Origin: Polyangiaceae bacterium
GTDB taxonomy: Bacteria > Myxococcota_A > Polyangia > Polyangiales > Polyangiaceae
Direction of reading: 5' to 3'
Assembly: GCA_035063585.1 (NCBI GenBank)
Contig: JAPSGB010000026.1
Span: 1-64,000 of the forward strand
Length of the DNA: 64,000 nt
Below are positions 9,464 through 19,689 of the stretch, in pieces. Each line of letters starts with the position of its first letter. The first letter of the stretch is position 1. The translations under genes and the position numbers were made by a program. Below the pieces are notes generated by a model that made no database searches, had not been told where the DNA came from, and saw only the letters and a list, made by a program, of their open reading frames with translations.

Positions 9464-11524
9464 GTGACAAGCTCGATGACGATGCTCCGACGCGCCGCGA
9501 CCGCAGTGGGCCTCGCGCTCACCCTCACTTCCGCCGCCTGCTCGGGAGGCGATGACGACGGCGACGGCGACGGGACGCCCGCGGTGCTGCTCGACGGCGA
9601 CTGCGACCCGATCGCGCCCGCGCACTGCGGCTACCCGTTCCCCTCGAACGTGTACTTGCAGCCGGACCCGACGGGGAAGAACCCCTCCGGCCTCTCGGTG
9701 CGCTTCGGCGCGAAGACGCTCCCCTCGACGCTCGGGCTCTACCCGATCGATCCGGCGTTCTTTTACGGTCAGGACGGCTTCTCGCCCGGCCAGGCGCCGA
9801 TGACCTTCATGCCGGGCGCCACCGACTCCGGGCTCGCCGTCCCGAGCACGCTCGAGTCGACGCTCGACCCGAGCTCGCCCACCATCATCCTCGACGCGGA
9901 CTCGGGCGAGCTCGTCCCGCACTGGGTGGATCTCGACTACTCGCCGAACGACGACGCGCAGCGCGCGCTCATGCTGCGCCCGGCGGTGCGGCTGAAGGAC
10001 GGCACGCGCTACATCGTCGCGTTTCGTCACGTGAAGGACGCCGAGGGCAAGGAGCTCCCGCCGTCGGACGCCTTCAAGGCGCTCCGCGACGGCAGCTCGA
10101 GCCCGGAGCCCAGCGTCAAGCGTCGGCGCGCGCTCTACAAGGACATCTTCGCGAAGCTCGCGGCCGCCGGCGTGGAGAAGCAGGGGCTCCAGCTCGCCTG
10201 GGACTACACCACCGCGACCCGCGACAACAACACCCGCTGGATGGTCGCCATGCGCGACCGCATGCTCGCGGCGGTCGGCGACGACGGCCCGGAGTTCACC
10301 CTGAAGAGCGTGGAGGAGGCGCCCGAGTCGCGCACGCTCCGGCGGATCACCGTCACCATGCACACGCCGCTCTTCCTCACCACGGGCGAGAACTACGACT
10401 CACAGGATCCGGACGGCGCGGCCCGCCTCACGCTCGATGACGACGGGCTACCGAAACAAAATGGCACGATGGATCAGGACGTCCTCATCATCGTCCCGAA
10501 CAGCGTAGAGACCGCCGGAAAGCACCCGCTCCTCCAAAACGGCCACGGGCTCTTCGGTGATCGCACCGAGGGGCAGGGCGGCTACCTCGCCGAGATGGCG
10601 AACGGCTACCACTACGTCGCGTTCGCCACCAACTACTTCGGCTTCTCGGAGGACGATCAGTCGCTCGCGATCGACGCGATGGGCTCGCGCCCGAAGCTCT
10701 TTCTCTCGTTCTTCGAGCGGCAGATCCAGGGGCAGGTGAACCAGCTCGCGGCGATGCGGATGATGCTCGGCCGCATCGCCAAGAGCGGGATCAAGGACTC
10801 TAGCGGGAAGGTCCTGCTCGACCCCGCGTGGCTCGATCGGGACCAGCGCTTCTATCGCGGCGACAGCCAGGGGGGCATCATGGGTACGAGCTACATGGCG
10901 CTCAGCACGGACGTGACCCGCGGCCTCGTGGGTGAGCCCGGGATGCCGTATAACCTCCTCTTGAACCGCAGCCAGGACTGGCCCGCCTTCGGGTTCATCC
11001 TCGGCGGCTCGTACACGAACGGCCTCGACGTGCAGCTCGTGCTCGGGCTCATCCAGATGCTCTGGGATCGCGCCGAGCCGAACGGCTATGCGCCGTACAT
11101 GACCGAGAACCTGCTGCCGAATACGCCGGCGCACCATATCCTCATGCACGACGCGCGCGGCGATCACCAAGTGACCACGCTGTCGGCCGCCATCATCGCG
11201 CGCGCGGTCGGCGCGAAGCTCCTCTCGAACCAGGAGGGCAAGGTGCTCCGCCCGGTGTACGGGCTCGAGACGGTGGCCCCGCCGGTCAAGGATCAGAACA
11301 TCCTCGTCGAGTACGATTTCCCGGCGCTCGCCCCGGAGCCGGAGCACAACGTCCCGGCGCGTGACGGCTTCGACCCGCACGACTGCGTGCGCGTGCTCAC
11401 GCCCTCCTTCCAGCAGAGCGATCGGTTCTTCCGCACCGGCACGATCGACTGGTTCTGCAGCGGCATCTGCGACTGCGGCGGGCCGGATCAAGAAGACGGC
11501 TGCGACGACAGTCACTGTCACTGA
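9464..11524 (+). CDS. lipoprotein alpha/beta hydrolase (lipase-like) with N-terminal Ig-like domain
   Basis: Lipobox SAAC, GHGLFG, nucleophile elbow GDSQGG, GDHQV, DPH. Confidence 0.8.
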   Translation: MTSSMTMLRRAATAVGLALTLTSAACSGGDDDGDGDGTPAVLLDGDCDPIAPAHCGYPFPSNVYLQPDPTGKNPSGLSVRFGAKTLPSTLGLYPIDPAFFYGQDGFSPGQAPMTFMPGATDSGLAVPSTLESTLDPSSPTIILDADSGELVPHWVDLDYSPNDDAQRALMLRPAVRLKDGTRYIVAFRHVKDAEGKELPPSDAFKALRDGSSSPEPSVKRRRALYKDIFAKLAAAGVEKQGLQLAWDYTTATRDNNTRWMVAMRDRMLAAVGDDGPEFTLKSVEEAPESRTLRRITVTMHTPLFLTTGENYDSQDPDGAARLTLDDDGLPKQNGTMDQDVLIIVPNSVETAGKHPLLQNGHGLFGDRTEGQGGYLAEMANGYHYVAFATNYFGFSEDDQSLAIDAMGSRPKLFLSFFERQIQGQVNQLAAMRMMLGRIAKSGIKDSSGKVLLDPAWLDRDQRFYRGDSQGGIMGTSYMALSTDVTRGLVGEPGMPYNLLLNRSQDWPAFGFILGGSYTNGLDVQLVLGLIQMLWDRAEPNGYAPYMTENLLPNTPAHHILMHDARGDHQVTTLSAAIIARAVGAKLLSNQEGKVLRPVYGLETVAPPVKDQNILVEYDFPALAPEPEHNVPARDGFDPHDCVRVLTPSFQQSDRFFRTGTIDWFCSGICDCGGPDQEDGCDDSHCH

Positions 11525-11595
11525 GCGCGCTCGCCCAGCCGAGTGAGGGGAGGGGGGCCGACTCGGCGCGGCCGGCGGCGCGGGCCCGGCCGCGC

Positions 11596-13929
11596 TCAGG
11601 GGTACATCGCGGGCGGGCGCTCGCTCGCGGCGCTCGCCCAGGCCGGGTTCGGCGCGCGACCGAGCGTGAACACGAGCTCCCCGCCGTTCGCGATCGCGCC
11701 CCACTCGAGCCACGCGCGCGTCACCGGCACGCCGTCGAGGGTGAGGCTCTCGACGTAGGGCGCGTCGCGCGCCGCGCCCTCGCCGACGATGACGAGCTCC
11801 TTGCCGTTCTCGAGGTGGAGCGTCACCCTCGGGAAGAGCGGGCTGCCGACGACTAGCCCGCCGACGCCGGGCACCTCCGGGTAGAGCCCGAGCATGGCCC
11901 AGACGAGCCACGCGCTGGTCGCGCCGAGGTCGTCGTTGCCCGGGAGCCCGTCGGGCGCGTCCGAGAAGACCTCGCTCACGATCGCTCGCACCACCGCCTG
12001 CGTCCGCCACGGCGCGCCGGCCCACGGGTACTCCCAAGGCGTGCCGAATTGCGGCTCGTTGCCCATGTAGAAATGGGGCCGGCTCACCCCCGCGTTGAGC
12101 TCGCTGAAGAGGTCGTCGAGCCGCGCGATGAACGCGGGCTCGCCGCCCACACCGGCGATGATGCCGGGCACGTCATGGGGGGCGAAGAAGGTGTACTGCG
12201 CGGAGTTGCCCTCGACGAACGCGCTCCGGTCGCTCACGTCCACGGGCGCGAAGCTGGGAGCGCCCCCGACGTCGCTCGTGAGGCGCGGCATCACGTAGCC
12301 GCGAAAGCCGCGCGCCTCGTGCGTCTCGTCGAGGACGTTTCTCCAGTAGCGCCCGCGCTCGAGGTACGCCGCCGCGGTCGCCGCGTCCCCCACCGCCTCC
12401 GCGAATTTCCCGATGGAGAAGTCGGAGAGCGCGTACTCGAGCGTGGTGGAGGCGGGCCCGTGCGGCATCTTTGGCGCGTCCGACGGCAGGTAGTGACGGT
12501 CGAGGTAGGCGGCGAGGCCCGGGCGCGCGGGGACGCCGTTGCAGGCGGCGCCCGGGTCGCTGGCGCCCCGCTGCATGAGCGCGAGCGCCCGAGCGGCGTC
12601 GAAATCCCGCGCGCCGAAGGCCCACGCGCCGGCGATGATGGGATCGGCGGGGTCGCCCACCATGGCGCCCGTCTCGCCGTTGGCGAGCGGCCAGCGCGGG
12701 AGCGCGCCGCACTCCTCACCGGAGTCGATGAGCGAGCGCACCATGTCGCTCGCGCGGCTCGGTGAGAGCACGCTGATGAGCTGGATCCACGAGCGATAGA
12801 TGTCCCACCCGGAGAAATTCGCGTAGCGCGTGTAGCCGTCCGCGACCCGCGAGACGCCGTCGAAGCCCGGAAACGCGCCGTCGACGTCGTTGAACGTCTT
12901 CGGTTGGAGGAGCACATGATAGAGCGCGGTGTAGAAGGCTCGCCGATCGGCGTCGCTCCCGCCCTCGACCTCCACCCGCCCGAGCTCACGGTTCCAGGCG
13001 TCGATGGCGCGCCGGTGCGTCGCGTCGAAATCCCAGTCCGGTGCCTCGGCGTCGAGGTTCGCGAGCGCGGCCTCCGCGCTCGTGTAAGATAGCCCGAGCT
13101 TCAGCTCGACCACCCGTCGCCGGGCGGTGTCGAAGCCGAGCGAGAGGCCGCCGCGCGGAGAGTCGATGCGTCGCGCGCCGGGCGAGAGCTCGCCGTCGTC
13201 CCAGGTCGCGCTGCTGGTGATGGGGCGGCTCAGGCGCGCCGCGAAGTAGATGCGGTATTTCGCCGCCGCGAGGCAGAACCCGCGCGTCACCCGCGAGCCG
13301 GTGATGAGCTGGCCGTTCACGACCTCGGCCTCGAACGCCTCGGTGAAGAGCCGGTCGTTCGCGAAGCCCGAGGTGATCGAGAGGTGCCCGCCGGCGCCCG
13401 GGAAGGTAAATCGTGCGGTGCCGCTCCGCGTGGTGGCGGTCAGCGCCACCGTGATCCCGGAGTCGAGCTCCACCTGGTAAAACCCCGGGCTCGCCCGCTC
13501 CTGCCGGTGCGAGAAGCCGTCGGCCGGATCGCGCGTGACGTCCGGCAGCCCGAGCGTGGCGAAGATGGGGAAATCTCGCTCACCCTGGCAGCCGGCGCCG
13601 TTCAGGTGGTTCAGGCTGAAGCCGTTGATGACGCTGTCCGAGTAGAGGTAGCCCTGCGGCGCGGCGTTCGGGGTATCGGGGCTCCACTGCACCATCCCGA
13701 ACGGGAGCGCCGCGCCCGGGAAGGTCGCGCCGCTCTTGCCGTTCGCGACTGCGCCCGGCGCGCTCACGGTCGCGGTGCCGACGAACGGATTTACGAGCGC
13801 GACCGGGCCCTCGCCCGGCTCGGTGGACACCGGCGGCGGATCGCCACGCGGCGCGTCGTCGTCCGTGCGCTCCCCGCACGCGGCGGCCAGGAGGAGCGTT
13901 GCGGCAAGCCCGGGCCCGCGGAGCTTCAC
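11596..13929 (-). CDS. GH92 alpha-1,2-mannosidase family lipoprotein
   Basis: VNPFVGT, TFPGAALPFGMVQWSPDT, SGWDIYRS, EGN, GNEP, GNDDLG; lipobox AAAC. Confidence 0.92.
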   Translation of the reverse strand: MKLRGPGLAATLLLAAACGERTDDDAPRGDPPPVSTEPGEGPVALVNPFVGTATVSAPGAVANGKSGATFPGAALPFGMVQWSPDTPNAAPQGYLYSDSVINGFSLNHLNGAGCQGERDFPIFATLGLPDVTRDPADGFSHRQERASPGFYQVELDSGITVALTATTRSGTARFTFPGAGGHLSITSGFANDRLFTEAFEAEVVNGQLITGSRVTRGFCLAAAKYRIYFAARLSRPITSSATWDDGELSPGARRIDSPRGGLSLGFDTARRRVVELKLGLSYTSAEAALANLDAEAPDWDFDATHRRAIDAWNRELGRVEVEGGSDADRRAFYTALYHVLLQPKTFNDVDGAFPGFDGVSRVADGYTRYANFSGWDIYRSWIQLISVLSPSRASDMVRSLIDSGEECGALPRWPLANGETGAMVGDPADPIIAGAWAFGARDFDAARALALMQRGASDPGAACNGVPARPGLAAYLDRHYLPSDAPKMPHGPASTTLEYALSDFSIGKFAEAVGDAATAAAYLERGRYWRNVLDETHEARGFRGYVMPRLTSDVGGAPSFAPVDVSDRSAFVEGNSAQYTFFAPHDVPGIIAGVGGEPAFIARLDDLFSELNAGVSRPHFYMGNEPQFGTPWEYPWAGAPWRTQAVVRAIVSEVFSDAPDGLPGNDDLGATSAWLVWAMLGLYPEVPGVGGLVVGSPLFPRVTLHLENGKELVIVGEGAARDAPYVESLTLDGVPVTRAWLEWGAIANGGELVFTLGRAPNPAWASAASERPPAMYP

Positions 13930-13941
13930 CCCTCGAGCATA

Positions 13942-14727
13942 TCACTCGGCCTCGAAGCGGAGCCGTCCAAAGCGAGCCGCGCGGTGGAAGTTGCCCTTCC
14001 CGAGGATGGGCGACCACGCGAGGGCGTCGCGCTGTCCGTCGCGGAAGCTGTAGAGGTTCGCGCGCCACACGTCCCCCGGCGCTGGGGGCGCCGCGCGTGC
14101 GGTCTTCACGCTCGCCCAGGGCAGCGCGAGCTCGACCGTCCAGGCGCCCGCGCGCTCGTCGCGGCTCGTCACGCGCTCGAGCCCGCTCGCCCACTCCTGG
14201 TGCCCGAAGCGCCCGCCGCCCACCGGGCGGTTGTAGTCGTCGAAGCGCGTGTCCCACACCGCGCCGGCCGGATCGATCTGGAGCTCGAAGTAGTCGCGGT
14301 TGTCGGCGAAGTCGCCGGGCGCGAGCATGAGCTCGACGCCGCTCGCGCGCTCCCATACGTGCGGATCGACGTCGTCTCGTGAGAAGGGCGTGGCCGCGTC
14401 TGCGTCCCAGACGGTCACCGTGACGTAGAGCTTCTCGGCGTCCCAGAGCAGGCGCGCCTCGGCGTTCACGCGGGAGCGCTCCGCGGGCTTGCCCGTCCCC
14501 GGGTGGACGAACCGCCCGGTCGTCGGCGCGCGCTGCCACGCCGGCTCGTCCGCGTGCCCGTCGACCACGATCGCGCCGGGCGCCGCGCGCCGCACCACGA
14601 GCTCGGGCAGCGCGCCGTCGCTCCGCTCGACCGCGGGGCCCGGCGGACCGCCGCGATGGCAGGTGGGCAGCATCGCGACGAACGCGAGGGCGGCTGACTT
14701 CGGGAGGCGGCTGGACGAAGGGTTCAC
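13942..14727 (-). CDS. CBM9-like (DOMON-type) carbohydrate-binding protein
   Basis: VDGHADEPAW, ARLLWDAEKLYV, VELML, YFELQI, WTVELALPW, WRANLY. Confidence 0.8.
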   Translation of the reverse strand: MNPSSSRLPKSAALAFVAMLPTCHRGGPPGPAVERSDGALPELVVRRAAPGAIVVDGHADEPAWQRAPTTGRFVHPGTGKPAERSRVNAEARLLWDAEKLYVTVTVWDADAATPFSRDDVDPHVWERASGVELMLAPGDFADNRDYFELQIDPAGAVWDTRFDDYNRPVGGGRFGHQEWASGLERVTSRDERAGAWTVELALPWASVKTARAAPPAPGDVWRANLYSFRDGQRDALAWSPILGKGNFHRAARFGRLRFEAE

Positions 14728-14876
14728 GCGTGCAGGAGCGCGAGACTACGACCGCGTCTCGCCCTCCTCGAGAGTATCGCGCGGGCGCGGGTCGACGCCA
14801 GCCGCGCGCCGGGAGCGGGCGCGCCGCGGCGTGTTCTCGCTTGGTGGACGCGCGGTTCGGGTGCATGTTCCGCGGC

Positions 14877-15674
14877 ATGCCGCTCACGCTCGGCGCTCCC
14901 GTCTCGCTCTACTACGAGCTCCTCGGCGAGGCCGGCGCGCCGCCGCTCCTGCTCATCCGCGGGCTCGCTCGCACGCACGAGCACTGGCTCGAGCTCACCC
15001 CCCTGCTCGCGCGGAGCTTTCGCCTCGTGCTGCTCGACAACCGTGGCATCGGCCGCTCGAGCGTGCCGCGTCCGCCGTACTCCACCGCTCAGATGGCGGA
15101 CGACGCGGCGCGCGTGCTCGACGCGGCCGGGCTCGAGCGCGCGCACGTGTTCGGCATGTCGCTCGGCGGGATGATCGCGCAGGAGCTCGCGCTCCGGCAC
15201 CCGGCGCGGGTCGACCGGTTGGTGCTCGGCTGCACGACGGCCGGTCGCCGCGCGGGGCACCCGGTGAGTCTCCGCGCCGCGCTGCGGCTCCTCGGCGCGA
15301 TGCGCTTCGGCGCCGAGCGCGCGGTGGCGCACACCGCGCCCCTCGTCCTCTCGCCGGAGTTTCTCGCGCGCCGCGCCGACGTGGTCGAAGCCTGGCAGCG
15401 GCTCGCGCGCGAGCGCCCGCCGACCCGCGCGGGCGTGCTCGGTCAGCTCCTCGCCGCCGGCGCGCACGACACCGTGGCGCGGCTCGGCCGCGTCCGCGCG
15501 CCGACGCTGGTCGTCACCGGCGGCGCCGACCGGCTCATCTCCCCCGAGAACTCGCGCTACCTCGCCCGCGCCATCCCCGGCGCGCGGCTCGAGCTCCTGC
15601 CGGGCGCCGGCCACGATTTCACGACCGAGCTCCCCGCCGAGTCCACCGCGCTGCTCGAAGGCTTCCTCGGCTGA
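14877..15674 (+). CDS. alpha/beta fold hydrolase
   Basis: DNRGIGRS, GMSLGG nucleophile, GGADRL, GAGH. Confidence 0.9.
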   Translation: MPLTLGAPVSLYYELLGEAGAPPLLLIRGLARTHEHWLELTPLLARSFRLVLLDNRGIGRSSVPRPPYSTAQMADDAARVLDAAGLERAHVFGMSLGGMIAQELALRHPARVDRLVLGCTTAGRRAGHPVSLRAALRLLGAMRFGAERAVAHTAPLVLSPEFLARRADVVEAWQRLARERPPTRAGVLGQLLAAGAHDTVARLGRVRAPTLVVTGGADRLISPENSRYLARAIPGARLELLPGAGHDFTTELPAESTALLEGFLG

Positions 15675-17326
15675 GCGGGTGGGCCGGTCCGGCGCGAGCC
15701 CGCGCGGGGCGCCCGGCGACCGAGCACCTCGGCGAGCACGCTCTTGCCGGCGATCTCGGCGGCCGCGAAGACCCCGCTCATCATCGCGCCCATCACGCCG
15801 TGCCCGGTGCGGAGGCTCGCGCCCGCGAGCACGAGCCCTCGGATTTCCGTGCGCGCGCCGGGGCGCCGGTGGAGAAATTGCGAAGGCGTGAGCGCGATGC
15901 CGTACGAGGTGCCGCCGGTGGACAGGGTGTAGCGGCTGTGCGTGAGCGGAGTCGCGAGCTCGCTGAATACCACCTGCTCGGAGAGCCCCGGCAGCGCGCG
16001 CTCCGCGGCGGAGAGGAGCCGCCGGGCGAGCTCGGCCTTTCGCGCGAGATAGCTCGCGTCGTCGCTATATGCGCCGCTCGCGACCTCTGCGTCGCTCACC
16101 CCCCACGCGCCTGGCGCGCTCGGCGCGAGCGTCATGGCCTGCAGGTTCACGACGCCCGCGGGGGCGAGCCGAGGGTTTCTCGGATCCTTGAGCGAGGCGA
16201 GCGAGAGGTAGGCCAAAGGGGCCTCGCTGAACGCGCCGCGGCGCACGTCGGCGTAGAGCCGCTCCTGGTCGTAGTCGGGGAAGGCCCAGTAGTTGGTGTT
16301 GGCGAGGCGTCCCCCGAGGGCGCCGGCGCGCACCCCGAGGTAGAGCACGGCGAGCGCGGGCGACATCTCATAGCGACGCACGCGCTCCGAGGTGCGGCGG
16401 CGGAGGTGCTCGGGGCCCACCAGCTCGAAGACCGTCTTCTTGAGATCACCGGCGGCGATCACCTGCCCGGCATGGACGATGCGTCGTCCAAAATGTTTGT
16501 TGGTGAGCTCGACGCCGACCGCGCGGCCGTCGCGGATCAGGATCCGCTCGGCTCGGGTGCGGAGCAGGAGCTTGCCCCCCGCGTCCTCGATGGCGGCGCC
16601 CAGCCGATCGGCGAGCACCTGGCCGCCGCCCACCGGGTAGTAGGCGCCGGTCGAGAGGTAGTGGGTCATGAGCCCGGCGTGGAGCGCGAGCGAGGCGCGG
16701 CTCGGCGGTTGGCCGTAGTCGCCGCTCTCGCCGGCGAGGACGGCGCGCAGCTCGGGGCTCCGCGTGCAGGTGTCGAGGAAGCGCCCGAGCGTGCCGTTGG
16801 CGTAGCGGAGGGCCAGGCGCGCGCCGAGCAGCGCGGGGAGCAGCCGCCGCGGGTTCGCGACGGCGCGGTGGAGCGCCTCGACCTCACGGAGCAGGCGCAG
16901 GTAGCGATCGATGCCGGCTCGCTCCTCGGGAAAGTGCTCGACCAGGCGGTCGCGGTAGCGCTCCACCCCGGCGGGGACTCGGAACGTGAAGTCGGGAAAC
17001 ACCAGCGTATCGAAGCCGTCCGGGTCGAGCGGAGCGAACTCGACGTCCTCGCCGCCCGCCGCGTCGAGCACGCGGCGCAGCGTGCCGTCCGGGCCCGCCT
17101 CACCGACGTAGTGGATGCCGACGTCGAACTCATAGCTGCGGCGGCGAAACACGGTGGCGTTGCCGCCCGCGACGTAGTGCTGATCGACGACGAGCACCGA
17201 GCTTCCGCGCCGGGCCAATAGCCCCCCGGCCACCAGGCCACCGAGCCCGGCTCCGACGATGATGACGTCCCAGCGGTCCCGGTCGAGGCGGCGGAACCTG
17301 TCGTGGCGAAGCTGCTGGACATGCAT
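15557..17326 (-). CDS. phytoene desaturase/retinol saturase-family FAD oxidoreductase
   Basis: GAGLGG Rossmann motif, FDVGIHY, YPVGG, ELATPLT, GHGVMGAMMSG. SD GGAGG precedes ATG 17326. Confidence 0.88.
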   Translation of the reverse strand: MHVQQLRHDRFRRLDRDRWDVIIVGAGLGGLVAGGLLARRGSSVLVVDQHYVAGGNATVFRRRSYEFDVGIHYVGEAGPDGTLRRVLDAAGGEDVEFAPLDPDGFDTLVFPDFTFRVPAGVERYRDRLVEHFPEERAGIDRYLRLLREVEALHRAVANPRRLLPALLGARLALRYANGTLGRFLDTCTRSPELRAVLAGESGDYGQPPSRASLALHAGLMTHYLSTGAYYPVGGGQVLADRLGAAIEDAGGKLLLRTRAERILIRDGRAVGVELTNKHFGRRIVHAGQVIAAGDLKKTVFELVGPEHLRRRTSERVRRYEMSPALAVLYLGVRAGALGGRLANTNYWAFPDYDQERLYADVRRGAFSEAPLAYLSLASLKDPRNPRLAPAGVVNLQAMTLAPSAPGAWGVSDAEVASGAYSDDASYLARKAELARRLLSAAERALPGLSEQVVFSELATPLTHSRYTLSTGGTSYGIALTPSQFLHRRPGARTEIRGLVLAGASLRTGHGVMGAMMSGVFAAAEIAGKSVLAEVLGRRAPRAGSRRTGPPAQPRKPSSSAVDSAGSSVVKSWPAPGRSSSRAPGMARAR

Positions 17327-17338
17327 GTTGGCCCTCCC

Positions 17339-17383
17339 AATCTTGACAGTGGCAAGATTAGCAGCGGGCGCTGCACCGGTCAA
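17339..17383 (-). promoter_or_regulatory. sigma70 promoter (TTGACC-N17-TAATCT) overlapped by 21-bp palindromic operator AATCTTGACAGTGGCAAGATT
   Basis: Palindrome at 17339-17359; -10 at 17355-17360; -35 at 17378-17383. Confidence 0.75.
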
Positions 17384-17431
17384 CCCTCCGGCGCCTGCGC
17401 GTGATATCAGTCAGGTAGGAGGCGGTGTGAG

Positions 17432-18010
17432 GTGAGCGGGTCGAGGCCGGACGAGCCGATGTACAAGGGGGCGGGGGTTCGCTCGTGGCTCACCGCGCTC
17501 GAGGCGCTCTACGGGGCCGAGGTGGCGCGCAGCACGCTCGCGGGGGGCGAGCCGGCGCTCCGCGAGCAGATCGAGCAGAAGCGGCTCTCGCCGAGCGCGT
17601 GGTACCCCCTCGCCTGGTATCGCTCGCTCCACGGCGTCGCCCAGCGCGTCACCGGCAAGGGGCCCGCGCTCTCGCGGGAGGTCGGCGCCGAGGCCATGCG
17701 GAACGACCTCTCGGGCATCTACCGGATCTTCCTCGTGGTCGTCTCGCCGCAGGCGATCATCTCGAAGTCGGCGCGCCTCTTCAATTCGTTCTTCACCCAC
17801 GGTTCGTCGAAAGTGCTCGAGTCGCGCGCCGGGGCGTCGCGAGTGCGGTGGGAAGGGTGCGAGGGCTTCGACCGCAACCTCTGGGAAGACGTGCTCGGGA
17901 GCAGCGAGGCGAGCCTCGCGCTCTGCGGCGCGAAGAACATCCGCATTCGCTACGTGGAAGGAGGGCGCGACGGCGACACCAGCGCCGAGCTCCAGGTGTT
18001 CTGGAGCTGA
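17432..18010 (+). CDS. hypothetical myxobacterial protein (DUF2378/V4R-like ligand-binding fold)
   Basis: YKG..., SAWYPL.WY, GAEAM..DL.GIYR pattern. Confidence 0.6.
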   Translation: MSGSRPDEPMYKGAGVRSWLTALEALYGAEVARSTLAGGEPALREQIEQKRLSPSAWYPLAWYRSLHGVAQRVTGKGPALSREVGAEAMRNDLSGIYRIFLVVVSPQAIISKSARLFNSFFTHGSSKVLESRAGASRVRWEGCEGFDRNLWEDVLGSSEASLALCGAKNIRIRYVEGGRDGDTSAELQVFWS

Positions 18011-18017
18011 GCCGCTG

Positions 18018-18701
18018 GTGGCCCGCGGTGACGTGACCGAGTCCAGGCGCGCGCGCGCGAACCCGAAGGCGGACCACCCGTACCACCACGGCGATCTGCG
18101 AGCGGCCCTGGTGGACGCGGCCTATGAGCTCGTCGAGCGCGACGGCGCGGACGCCCTCAGCCTGCGCGAGGTCGCGCGCCGGGTCGGCGTGTCGCACGCG
18201 GCGCCCAAGCACCATTTCAGTGACAAGGCGGCGCTGCTCGCGGCGGTGGGCGCGCGCGCCTTCGACGAGCTCGCCGCGACCATGGAGCAGGCCCGCCGGC
18301 GCGCCGGGGACGACCCGCTCGCGCGCCTCACGAGCGCCGGCGTCGCCTACGTGAGCTTCGCGGCGAGCCACCCGGCGCTCTTCCGCTCGATGTTCGGGGG
18401 CGCGCTCGCCGGCGCGGCGGACGCCGAGGTTCGGGCCCGGTCGCGGCGCGCCTTCGAGGTTCTGGTCGACGCCGCGTCCCACGCCGCAGGACCCAGCGCC
18501 ACGCCGGCGGAGCTGCGCGTCCTGGTGACGGCCGCGTGGTCGGCCGTGCACGGGCTGAGCCTGCTCTGGCTCGACGGTCGTCTCGGGCGGCGCGCGCGCG
18601 CGGGCGGGGGAGAGGCGATCGCACGGCTCGCCACCGAGGTCACCGAGCTGCTCGCCGAGGCCGTGCGGAGGCGTGTTGAATCGCGGGGACCCCGCCCGTA
18701 A
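18018..18701 (+). CDS. TetR/AcrR family regulator (YHHGDLR / WHG type)
   Basis: YHHGDLRAAL, LSLREVARRVGVSHAAP.HHF, WSAVHGL. Confidence 0.92.
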   Translation: MARGDVTESRRARANPKADHPYHHGDLRAALVDAAYELVERDGADALSLREVARRVGVSHAAPKHHFSDKAALLAAVGARAFDELAATMEQARRRAGDDPLARLTSAGVAYVSFAASHPALFRSMFGGALAGAADAEVRARSRRAFEVLVDAASHAAGPSATPAELRVLVTAAWSAVHGLSLLWLDGRLGRRARAGGGEAIARLATEVTELLAEAVRRRVESRGPRP

Positions 18702-18702
18702 C

Positions 18703-19587
18703 ATGCGGGGTGTGGCCCTCCGCTCGCGCCGCGTGTCTGCTGCCCTGGTGGCGCTCGGGCTCGCCGCCTGCGCGGTCGGCAGCGAAGATGGCGAGGCGTA
18801 CACGGCGCCGCGCGACGGCGGCGCCGACGTAGTCGAGGCCGGGGCGTCCTCGGGTGGGAGCGCGGGCAGTCAGCCGTGGCCCGGCGGCGGCGCGAGCGGC
18901 GGCGGCGGCGCGGGGTTCGGGGGGGCGTCCGGCGCGGGCGCGGCGGGGGGGAGCGGTGCCGCGGGCTCGAGCGGCGGCGCCGCGAGCGGCGGCTCGAGCG
19001 GCGCGGGCGGCGGCGTCTGCACGCCCGGCCTCATCGACGACGTCGGGCCGTGCGCGCGCTGCGGCTCGCTGCGTCGCACCTGTGACTCGGCCGGTCAGTG
19101 GGGGCCGGCCGAGTGCGTGAACCAGGGCGTCTGCGATCCCAACGCGAGCGACTCCCAGCCGTGCGGGAGCTGCGGCACGCAGTCGCGGACCTGCAGCGCC
19201 TCGTGTCAGTGGGGCGCGTGGGGCGGCTGCGGAAATGGTGGCTCGTGCAACCCGGGTGACACCCAGTCGCGTCCGTGCGGAAACTGCGGGACTCAGACGC
19301 GCTCCTGCGACGGTGGCTGCGGCTGGGGTAGCTGGAGCGGCTGCACGGGAGAGGGCGAGTGCGTGCCCGACTCGACCCGGGCCGCCGCCTGCGACAAGTG
19401 CTCGGAGCAGGTGTGCACCAAGCAGTGCCAGTGGAGCTCGACCTGCACGCTCAAGCCGACCAGCACCTGCGAGTGGCGGAGCGGGACGCACTGGGAGTGC
19501 TGCGCGGCCGGGTCGTGGCATTTCTGCCTCCCCGACACCTGCCAGTGGAGCCCGACCTGCGCGGGCTGCAGCGGTTGCGGCTGCTGA
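18703..19587 (+). CDS. Cys/Trp-rich repeat lipoprotein
   Basis: Lipobox LAAC, Gly/Ser linker, about 4 repeats of C.P....PCG.CGTQ.R.C...C.WG.W..C. Confidence 0.8.
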   Translation: MRGVALRSRRVSAALVALGLAACAVGSEDGEAYTAPRDGGADVVEAGASSGGSAGSQPWPGGGASGGGGAGFGGASGAGAAGGSGAAGSSGGAASGGSSGAGGGVCTPGLIDDVGPCARCGSLRRTCDSAGQWGPAECVNQGVCDPNASDSQPCGSCGTQSRTCSASCQWGAWGGCGNGGSCNPGDTQSRPCGNCGTQTRSCDGGCGWGSWSGCTGEGECVPDSTRAAACDKCSEQVCTKQCQWSSTCTLKPTSTCEWRSGTHWECCAAGSWHFCLPDTCQWSPTCAGCSGCGC

Positions 19588-19689
19588 GGCGCGCCGAACC
19601 CGTCTTCACGCGCCGCCGGCGCCGCGCCGGGCGCGTCGTGCACTTTGCGGCCTGGCTCGAGCCGCTCGGAGGCTAGAGTCGCGGGCGCC

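Noticed and set aside
11525..11595. GC hairpins between convergent genes as terminators or an sRNA
   Set aside because: No U-tract, and hairpins are ubiquitous at this GC content.
15557..15674. 118-bp convergent overlap of the hydrolase and desaturase genes
   Set aside because: The desaturase tail is low-complexity and most simply explained by stop-codon drift.
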